A DNA stretch of 64,000 bases from assembly GCA_029785825.1 (NCBI GenBank), contig JAFLYY010000001.1, positions 649,374-713,373 on the forward strand. Reading direction: 5' to 3'. The stretch is from Nitrososphaerota archaeon (GTDB lineage: Archaea > Thermoproteota > Nitrososphaeria > Nitrososphaerales > Gagatemarchaeaceae). The translations under genes were made by a program, and so were the position numbers. Under the pieces are notes generated by a model. It worked only from the letters and a program-made list of their open reading frames with translations, ran no database searches and had not been told where the DNA came from. This document shows positions 8,667-14,918 of the stretch, one piece after another. Positions within the stretch are counted from its first letter, which is position 1; the number at the start of each line of letters is the position of its first letter.

Positions 8667-9818
8667 TCACGCTTTCCGGGGGCGGGCGCTCGCGCTCTTC
8701 ACCGCCTCCACGACGTCGCCGTACGATGCGTCTGTCTTGATCCCCTCCTGCTCGAAGGGGGTCCTCATCACCCGGTGGCCCCCTCCGGTCAGCCGTCTGA
8801 TGACCTCCAATTCGGGGACGGTCGGGACCTTCAGCCGCGAGCAGACCTCGGCGATGTCGAAGCTCCAGGGAGGAAACCGGTCGACCCCGACGAGCGACCC
8901 CAGCACCTCCGACCCCCGGTAGAGCCCCCTCGCTGTCGCTTCCTTGCGGGCGTCCTCGACCAGCCGCTCGTCGACCACCTTCCCTGACCACAGAGGGCCC
9001 GCGACCTTGAGCTTCCCTCCGCAGACTCTGCAGGCAGGGTCTCCGTTATGCGGCGCAAGCGCGTCCCCGCAGGCAGGGCACCAGGAGATCGTTCCGACCC
9101 CCTTCAGCGAAGCTTCGGCCTCGGACGCTCCGGCGCGGACCCGGACATAGACCCGGATGTAGTGGCGGGTGGAGTGAGCGGCCACCGGCTCTATGCCTGC
9201 GTCGATGGCAGCGCCCTGCCTGGCCATTGACGCGAGCAGGATCCTGACCCCTGTCTCGTGGTGGAAGCGGTTGTTGAGCGGAACCGAGCCGTAGCGCCTG
9301 ACGCAGGTCGCCCGATGGACGCCGCAGAGCACGGCTGTGTCGGTGGCGGTCACGGAAAGGATTCCGCCGTCGGCGGTGGCGGAGATCCCTCCCTGAAGAT
9401 ATCGGACAGGTGAGCCGAAGGGGTCGACGTCCACGAAGTCGAACTTCTGGCCTCTCCCGAACCTGGAGAAGAGGAACGAGCCGGTCTCAGAAACTGCAAA
9501 CCTGAGTTTGCTGCTCACGCCGTTGGCCGCCGCAGCCTTTTTCGCGGCAGCCAGGGCCCTCTCGTTGAAGTCGACCAGAGTCACTTCTGTCCCACCCTTG
9601 ACCTCGTTCGCAACCCGGACCCCTCTGGCCCCTACCCCGGACATGGAGTCGCAGAACGTCCCCCCGCCAGCTGCCGAGGTCAGGGCGACGGAGACGTCTC
9701 TGTTGAGGGAGGCGGCGGGGTTGAAGAAGACCGGCGAAGTAGGAGGCGGGTCCTGGGAGAGACTCGCGTCGGGGACCAGGAGGACCGTCCCGCCCTCCCT
9801 GTGCCTGACCAGCTTCAA
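8667..9818 (-). CDS. trm1: tRNA (guanine26-N2)-dimethyltransferase
   Basis: VFFNPAASLNRDVSV and FCDSMSGVGARGVR are present, with the Zn finger CPACG..CRVCGG as in Trm1. Confidence 0.85.
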   Translation of the reverse strand: MKLVRHREGGTVLLVPDASLSQDPPPTSPVFFNPAASLNRDVSVALTSAAGGGTFCDSMSGVGARGVRVANEVKGGTEVTLVDFNERALAAAKKAAAANGVSSKLRFAVSETGSFLFSRFGRGQKFDFVDVDPFGSPVRYLQGGISATADGGILSVTATDTAVLCGVHRATCVRRYGSVPLNNRFHHETGVRILLASMARQGAAIDAGIEPVAAHSTRHYIRVYVRVRAGASEAEASLKGVGTISWCPACGDALAPHNGDPACRVCGGKLKVAGPLWSGKVVDERLVEDARKEATARGLYRGSEVLGSLVGVDRFPPWSFDIAEVCSRLKVPTVPELEVIRRLTGGGHRVMRTPFEQEGIKTDASYGDVVEAVKSASARPRKA

Positions 9819-9904
9819 CGCCCCCGTCGCGCCGAAGACAGGTGTTAAACGATTCCGGCGGCGCCTGGTACCTTATTGTACCCGCCCGGGCGGAGGGAGA
9901 GCCC

Positions 9905-10456
9905 TTGTCCAAGCTGTGGCTGGTCTCCGGCCCCCCAGGTGTAGGCAAGTCGACGCTGGTGTCCAGGGTCGTCTTGAAGCTGAAGAGTGCTGGGGTGATA
10001 GTGGGTGGGTGCACGACGTCAGAGAAGAGGGAGGGCGGGGCGCGGGTAGGGTTCGAGGTGAAGGACCTCACCACCGGAAGGAAGGGGGAGCTGGCTTCGG
10101 TCTCCTCGAGGTTCGGCCCCAGGGTTGGGAGGTACAGGGTGAACCTGGTGGACCTGGCGGAGATAGGGGCCGCGGGGCTCGAAGCGGCGGCCGAAAGGTC
10201 GGAGCTGATAGTCGTCGACGAGGTAGGGCCCATGGAGCTCGTCAGCCCTGAGTTCAGGCGCGCGGTCGAGAAGTGCGAAGCTACCGGGAAGCCGATGCTG
10301 GCAGTGGTACATGAAAGGATGGAGGACGACATCCTCGGCGAACTCAAGGCCCATGCGGAGGAGGTGGTCGTCCTGAGCCCTGAAAACAGGGACGCCGCCG
10401 CGGACGACCTCGGGGCGAAGCTCCTGGCCGCGGTGGGTGGGCCGAAGACAGGTTGA
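9905..10456 (+). CDS. THEP1-family nucleoside triphosphatase
   Basis: It has the P-loop LVSGPPGVGKSTL and Walker B VVDEVGPMEL. TTG 9905 has GGAGGG 7 nt upstream. The longer ORF from GTG 9842 would begin inside a TATA-like GTTAAAC. Confidence 0.75.
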   Translation: MSKLWLVSGPPGVGKSTLVSRVVLKLKSAGVIVGGCTTSEKREGGARVGFEVKDLTTGRKGELASVSSRFGPRVGRYRVNLVDLAEIGAAGLEAAAERSELIVVDEVGPMELVSPEFRRAVEKCEATGKPMLAVVHERMEDDILGELKAHAEEVVVLSPENRDAAADDLGAKLLAAVGGPKTG

Positions 10457-10484
10457 GAGAGTCTCGCGCTGTCGGGGGCGTGGT

Positions 10485-10513
10485 AGTAAAATGCTCTACA
10501 GGCGTGATATCAC
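10485..10513 (+). promoter_or_regulatory. TATA-like box (AGTAAAAT) followed by a perfect 10-nt palindrome GTGATATCAC
   Basis: AGTAAAAT lies at 10485-10492 and GTGATATCAC at 10504-10513. They are 35-60 nt upstream of the GTG start at 10547. Confidence 0.3.
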
Positions 10514-10546
10514 ACGCTAGAGCGAAAAGTCAGGCTTGCGCAGGCA

Positions 10547-11533
10547 GTGGGACTATGGCTAGCCGAAGGGGACAAGTTAACCAAGCGAGAAATCACATTT
10601 ACTAACAATCAACCTTACCTTATCGCCCTCTTCCATAGGCCAGTTCATGAGAATCTCCATCCGAAGCACACGCCTCGCATTGCAGTATATCTTCCCAATC
10701 TGGACATCCCTTACGAAAAACCTGTTGGGTGGGCAAGATGTCGAGTGTATGTGGATAAAAGGGCAAACGTGCCGTACTACATCTACCGGGTGAGCGGAGT
10801 AAAGACTGTCAAGAGTTGGAGAGCGCTTGTATCTTCTGTCTCCAGCGACACGAGTGACTACGGACCAGTTCTGCAGGGTTTCTTCGCTGGAGAGGGAAAT
10901 GTTAGAGAGAGTGCCCATCACTCGCGACTAGTCAGAATTGCACAGGGAGAGCCTTATCCCCTGCTGGAAACAATTCTGCGCCACTTTGGAATCTCGTTCA
11001 AGTACGGAGGCCATAGGGAGTATTCGATTTCTGGCCGCGACAACTTCGAGAAAATCCTCGCATTAGGAGCAGCTCATCTTCATCGTTCGAAGCATAAGAA
11101 ACTTCTCAGAATGATGGAGAGATACCGGCAGCACCACTATCCGTATCATGCCCTACACGCGTTGGTACTGGCCAGACTCTCGACTCCCCGAACTGCTGAG
11201 GACCTTGCTATCGACCTGAAGCGCTCGACGTCGCGGCTTCGTCAGGTTCTGTGCGATTTGAGGTCCAAGGGAGATATCAAGATGTACCATGTCAACTCGA
11301 CATACTTCTGCGTAAGGGCAACCTCCGGGGTAGTGGCAATCTCGAAGCAGAAGGCTCGGATTCTTGCTTTGATGGAGGCTCTCCATCGTCCTTTCGAACT
11401 GTCCGCAGAGTTGAAGAGGAATCGAAAGGCGGTCACCCGCCGGTTGCGCGAACTTGAACACATCGGCTTGGTCTATCTGGAAAAGGCTAATTGGCACAAA
11501 AGTCCGACAACCAGCCGGGTGATTGTAAGATGA
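10547..11533 (+). CDS. LAGLIDADG-type homing endonuclease-like protein fused to two C-terminal winged-helix domains
   Basis: Two LAGLIDADG motifs are present (GLWLAEGD at the N terminus, LQGFFAGEGNV about 105 aa later). Two HTH-like segments follow (TAEDLAIDLKRSTSRLRQVLCDLRSKGDIKMYHV; ELSAELKRNRKAVTRRLRELEHIGLVYLE). Confidence 0.7.
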   Translation: MGLWLAEGDKLTKREITFTNNQPYLIALFHRPVHENLHPKHTPRIAVYLPNLDIPYEKPVGWARCRVYVDKRANVPYYIYRVSGVKTVKSWRALVSSVSSDTSDYGPVLQGFFAGEGNVRESAHHSRLVRIAQGEPYPLLETILRHFGISFKYGGHREYSISGRDNFEKILALGAAHLHRSKHKKLLRMMERYRQHHYPYHALHALVLARLSTPRTAEDLAIDLKRSTSRLRQVLCDLRSKGDIKMYHVNSTYFCVRATSGVVAISKQKARILALMEALHRPFELSAELKRNRKAVTRRLRELEHIGLVYLEKANWHKSPTTSRVIVR

Positions 11534-12235
11534 CGATAGTCGGTGGGCTCGACGAAGCTGGGAGAGAGCAATGGCCCTCCATGCTCCCCAACAGGTTGCC
11601 TACTGGGACCCCTCGTTGTTGCGGGAATCTCTATTGAAAGAAGCAAGGTCAGGAAACTGAAGGAGATTGGCGTAAAGGACTCCAAGCTACTCTCGGCGGC
11701 TAGGAGGGATGAACTCTACCCCCAGATAAGGGAACTCGCCGAACACGTCCACTGGGTTGGAATTCCGCCGAGGGAGATAGACGAAGTCGTGACGACCGGC
11801 CGGAGGCTTCGGAAGCTCAACTATCTGGAGGCGATTTACTTCGCCAGGGTCATCGCCCATCTGGGGGCGGAGAAGGTAACTGTGGACGCCTCTGACGCCG
11901 TCGCCGACCGCTTCGGAAGGGACATCTCCGCCAACTTGGCTGCGAAGGTGAAGATTGCCTCCCTGCACAAGGCCGATATGAACTTCCCAATCGTGTCGGC
12001 AGCCTCCATAGTGGCCAAGGTCGAGAGGGACAGACAGGTGGAGCTCCTAAAGCAGGTGCACGGGGACTTCGGGTCGGGGTACCCTTCAGACCCAGTTACC
12101 ACAGACTTCTTCACCAGGTGGCTGGCTCGCGGGGCCCCCCTTCCCCTCTACGTGAGGAAGAGCTGGAAGACCTGGGACCGCTATGCCAGACTCGCGGGCT
12201 TACCCGGCCGCACAGGCTCCCCTACAAGGTTTTAG
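11530..12235 (+). CDS. rnhB: Ribonuclease HII, interrupted by a 28-nt intervening sequence (11565-11592)
   Basis: ATG 11530 encodes MTIVGGLDEAGR. The rest (GPLVVAGISIE..VKDSKLL..HKADMNFPIVSAASIVAKV..GSGYPSDP) is in the +1 frame. The span is 706 nt (3n+1). Removing 11565-11592 gives MTIVGGLDEAGRGCLLGPLVVAG, 225 aa. Confidence 0.85.
11565..11592 (+). other. Candidate BHB (HBh'-type) intron in the rnhB mRNA
   Basis: UGGG (11559-62) pairs with CCCA (11587-90). The 3-nt bulges are AGA (11563-65) and ACA (11591-93). The inner helix is GAGCA (11566-70) with UGCUC (11582-86). Cleavage after the second bulge nucleotide gives exactly the junction needed for DEAGRGCLLGPLVV. Confidence 0.7.
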
Positions 12236-12262
12236 CCTGGGTGGGGCTTCACGCCTCTACTC

Positions 12263-12382
12263 TTGAAGGTCAGCATCGAAATCGTCGCCGTGACCCCCGA
12301 GTCGCTCTTCGACCCTCGCGTCCTGGACTTCCAGAACCTGAAGTCCCGTGGACTGGTGTTCATCCCGGGACCCGGAGGATAG
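12263..12382 (+). CDS. Possible small ORF (39 codons) ending in Gly-Gly
   Basis: TTG start, MKVSIEIVAVTPESLFDPRVLDFQNLKSRGLVFIPGPGG then TAG. 32 of 38 codons end in G/C, like genuine genes here. No SD was seen and the ORF is too short for a full beta-grasp fold. Confidence 0.25.
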   Translation: MKVSIEIVAVTPESLFDPRVLDFQNLKSRGLVFIPGPGG

Positions 12383-12522
12383 GTCGACGAGGAGAGCGTG
12401 AGGATAGGGGATGTCGTCCGCCAGACGCCTCCCAGGGGGTTCGAGTCCCGATGGCGCCCCGCTTCGGCGTGGCGGTCGGAGGCCGCGCGACGCCTGACCG
12501 TCGCCCCACCCGGATTCCGATG

Positions 12523-13182
12523 CTAGCCAGCCTGGATCGCGTATACCAGCGCGTGGTCCTTCTCGAATGGGCTGAGCTCTGTCACGCTCCTGACCTTGAA
12601 CCCGGCGCCTTCGAGCTTGGCCGTCTCGTCCGCGTACACCCGCTCCGGCTCCTTCAGGACGTCGATGCTCCTCGCCTTGACCACCAGGAGGAGAGTCCCG
12701 CTCCCCGCGAGGAGGGCCCTGCAGTTCGCGATGGCTATCTCTGTCTGGTCCGGCTGGGCTATGTCGCAGTACACCACGTCAACCTTCGAGATCGAGTACT
12801 TCGATGGGTCCCTGGCGTCGGCGACGAAGGGGACCACGTTCCTCCTTTCCCTGGCTACGCGTTCCACGAACTCCCTGGCTACCCTGGGAGAGAACTCCAC
12901 CCCTATCACCAGCCCGCTGGGGCCGACGAGGTCGGAGACGTGCGAAGGGGTCGTCCCCGTCGACGCCCCTAGGTAGAGTACCCTGGACCCTTCGCGGACG
13001 ATGTCGTCTGGGAGCCCCTTCAGCATGGCTGCGGCCAGCTTGCTCCTGAAAGGGTCCCAGGTCCGGAACTCGACCCCTCCTCTGACGACGAGGTCCTCGT
13101 TGTACACCCTCTTCCCCGGCGCCAGGTTCATCGTCAGAAGGGCGCTCCTTCCGTTCCTCTCCTCCCTGAGGAGGCGCGTCAT
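12523..13182 (-). CDS. flpA: Fibrillarin (C/D box rRNA/tRNA 2'-O-methyltransferase)
   Basis: VLYLGASTGTTPSHVSDLV, RNVVPFVADARDP and DVVYCDIAQPDQ are present. ATG 13182 overlaps the nop5 stop (ATGA on the minus strand). Confidence 0.92.
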   Translation of the reverse strand: MTRLLREERNGRSALLTMNLAPGKRVYNEDLVVRGGVEFRTWDPFRSKLAAAMLKGLPDDIVREGSRVLYLGASTGTTPSHVSDLVGPSGLVIGVEFSPRVAREFVERVARERRNVVPFVADARDPSKYSISKVDVVYCDIAQPDQTEIAIANCRALLAGSGTLLLVVKARSIDVLKEPERVYADETAKLEGAGFKVRSVTELSPFEKDHALVYAIQAG

Positions 13183-14093
13183 CTCCTTCTGAACTTCTCT
13201 CGCCTTTGAGGCCTTCCTTCCTTCCTCGGCCTCCCGCTGGGCTCCGGCTTCCGCCGGGGAGGCTCCTTGTACTTCTCCTTGATGCTCTCGAGCCTCTTGT
13301 CCAGCCCTGCCTTGATGGAAGCGTCCTCGGCCCCGCGGTAGTAGTCGACCCGCGCGGCGATGGCTATCTTGTTGGCCAGGGTCCTCGCTATCTTCCCCCG
13401 CTGCCACTTGGGGGCGGTGTGGACCGCCTGGTGCTGGAAGAGGATGCCGTGCTTCGGAGGCCTCGCCCCCGTCCTGAGGGACCTGAACAGGGCCTTCTCG
13501 GCCCCCAGGATCTGGATCGTGCTCGCCGGGAGGACCGCCAGCCTGTCCAACCCTCCGGCCTTGGCCATGAGCCTGGCGCCTATGGTGGCTCCCGCCACTT
13601 CCGCGACGTTCGGGGCGACCTTCTTCATCTGTGACCCGACGTACTCGTCGAGCCCGCCCCTGAGGTTGCTCAGCTGCACCGCCAGCGCGGCGAGCGCTTT
13701 CACCCTGCCGATGTCCCCGTCCGAGATGGTCCCGCCCTTGGACCTGTCCCTGGCCTCCAAAATCGCGTCGACCTTCTTGTCGGTGAACCCCCTGCCGGCT
13801 AGGGCCTCCTTCGAGAACCCCTCCCGTCCCCCTATCTCTGAAATCATCTTGCAGAGGGCGATGTTGTCCTGGACCATCTGGATCAGCTCGGGAAAGTGGA
13901 GCCCGTACCACTCGGAGGCACGGGTCGCCGTCACGTTGAGGTGCTTGTCAGTGTCGTCCAGGGCCTGTATCGCCTGGACCAGGTGCAGGTCGGGGCGGGA
14001 TGATGCTTCGCGTATCGCCGCTTCCGCTTCGGCTATGCTCTTCTGGCGGAGCGCCTCGAACTCAGGGGATCCGGGCGTCGGTTCGATGGACAA
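13179..14093 (-). CDS. nop5: C/D box sRNP protein Nop5 (Nop56/58), apparently without the N-terminal domain
   Basis: The Nop domain is present (AGATIGARLMAKAGGLDRLAVLPASTIQILGAEKALFR..PKHGILFQH) with a Lys/Arg-rich tail. It forms an operon with fibrillarin. Confidence 0.88.
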   Translation of the reverse strand: MSIEPTPGSPEFEALRQKSIAEAEAAIREASSRPDLHLVQAIQALDDTDKHLNVTATRASEWYGLHFPELIQMVQDNIALCKMISEIGGREGFSKEALAGRGFTDKKVDAILEARDRSKGGTISDGDIGRVKALAALAVQLSNLRGGLDEYVGSQMKKVAPNVAEVAGATIGARLMAKAGGLDRLAVLPASTIQILGAEKALFRSLRTGARPPKHGILFQHQAVHTAPKWQRGKIARTLANKIAIAARVDYYRGAEDASIKAGLDKRLESIKEKYKEPPRRKPEPSGRPRKEGRPQRREKFRRR

Positions 14094-14129
14094 CTTGAGG
14101 GCGCTCGACCCTCACGTGATTAAAGGGTT

Positions 14130-14474
14130 TCACAGAAACGACTCGATGGCTTCCTTGAGGACGGACCTGTGGCACTCCGACGGGTCCTTCTCGGTGCAGA
14201 GGAGGGTGATGGTCCCTTTCTTTGACTCCCGGGCAAGCCCTTCGACGATGGCCTCTTTCCCCTTCAGGGACCTCATGTACTCACGCCTGAACTCAGGCCA
14301 GTCGACCTTTCCGGCCTTCCTGCGTCTGACGAGGTCCATCGGGGTCCCGAGCTCCTTGATCCAGACATCGACCTTGTCCTTGGAGATTCCCCTGGGCCAC
14401 AACGACATGACCAGCACCCTGCGTCCGTCGGAGGCCTCGGGCGGCGAGTAGACCGACTTCCCTATCTTGATCAA
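14130..14474 (-). CDS. DUF488 (YeaO-like) family protein
   Basis: RVLVMSLWPRGISKDKVDVWIKELGTP..FRREYMRSL..ITLLCTEKDPSECHRSVL resembles DUF488. Confidence 0.65.
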   Translation of the reverse strand: MIKIGKSVYSPPEASDGRRVLVMSLWPRGISKDKVDVWIKELGTPMDLVRRRKAGKVDWPEFRREYMRSLKGKEAIVEGLARESKKGTITLLCTEKDPSECHRSVLKEAIESFL

Positions 14475-14667
14475 TAAGACGACCGCCCTCCTGGCGAAGA
14501 CAGCTGCGGAACCTCCTCCCTCGACTGTCCCCGGACCGGCCGGGGCGTTTTATCGGTTGTCCCAGTGGTCTCAGGGCGCCCCTGACCCGGAGCGCGTCTG
14601 ACTGAAAGCCGGGAGGAGCACGTCCCCGGCGAGAAGGCGGGGGCCGCCGGGGCCCGGACCGTCCTCA

Positions 14668-14680
14668 GAAAGATTAAATG
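14668..14680 (+). promoter_or_regulatory. BRE/TATA-like element GAAAGATTAAATG upstream of the eS30 gene
   Basis: The AT-rich box lies about 40-50 nt upstream of ATG 14720. A strong SD, AGGAGGT, sits at 14703-14709. Confidence 0.4.
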
Positions 14681-14719
14681 CGGAAGACGGTCGCCTGTAC
14701 TCAGGAGGTTAGAGCAAGA

Positions 14720-14918
14720 ATGCCGACCCACGGAAGTCAGCAGACCAGCCTCAAACTGGCTGCCTTCAGTCACGAAGGCTGGCAAGGTTAGATCCCAGAC
14801 TCCGAAACTCGAGGGGAAACCAAAGGAAAGCAAGATCCCCAAAGTCAGGAACAAGCGGACCTACGAGAAGCGCTTCACCCTGAAGCGCAAGCCCGGCCAG
14901 AACTGGATCAGACAGTGA
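14720..14918 (+). CDS. rps30e: 30S ribosomal protein S30e, interrupted by a 31-nt intervening sequence (14739-14769)
   Basis: SD plus ATG encode MPTHGS, and this frame then hits TAG at 14789-14791. The conserved core [35 protein letters not shown] is in the +1 frame, ending at TGA 14916-14918. The span is 199 nt (3n+1). Removing 14739-14769 gives [19 protein letters not shown]..., 55 aa. Confidence 0.85.
14739..14769 (+). other. Candidate BHB (HBh'-type) intron in the rps30e mRNA
   Basis: GAAG (14733-36) pairs with CUUC (14764-67). The 3-nt bulges are UCA (14737-39) and AGU (14768-70). The inner helix is GCAG (14740-43) with CUGC (14760-63), plus CCA (14745-47) with UGG (14757-59). Cleavage after the second bulge nucleotide recreates a CUC Leu codon. 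Confidence 0.7.

Larger units (their letters stand above)
10460..11533 (+). mobile_element. Lower-G+C insertion carrying a free-standing LAGLIDADG endonuclease gene
   Basis: G+C drops visibly between the THEP1 stop and the rnhB start. Hand counts of lines 10561-10620 and 10621-10680 gave 25/60 and 32/60, against roughly 57-63% in sampled flanking lines. The only content is the endonuclease-like ORF. Confidence 0.55.

Noticed and set aside
12320-12353. Long hairpin GUCC-U-GGACUUC-loop-GAAGUCC-CGU-GGAC, considered as another BHB motif
   Set aside because: Its geometry is a 7-bp helix with a 1-nt/3-nt asymmetric internal loop. That is not two 3-nt bulges separated by 4 bp.
12435-12449. tRNA-like T-loop sequence GGGGGTTCGAGTCCC, considered as a possible tRNA gene or att-site remnant
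   Set aside because: Only 3 bp of a T stem can be formed. No matching acceptor, D or anticodon arms were found on either side. It may simply be coding or chance sequence.
12233-12526. TAG reassignment (pyrrolysine or readthrough) suggested by three in-frame TAGs
   Set aside because: TAG terminates many well-supported genes in this window at their expected ends (smc, scpA, scpB, the NTase-like gene, CDP-alcohol transferase). No Pyl machinery is visible.
11530-14918. Programmed +1 ribosomal frameshifting or single-base assembly errors as the explanation for the rnhB and rps30e frame breaks
   Set aside because: A 1-nt correction would leave 9-11 extra residues inside motifs that are contiguous in all homologues I can recall (DEAGRG-x3-GP; HGSLTKAGKVR). 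Excision of one 28- or 31-nt block restores both the frame and the motif, and it coincides with BHB cleavage geometry. An artefact still cannot be excluded without reads.
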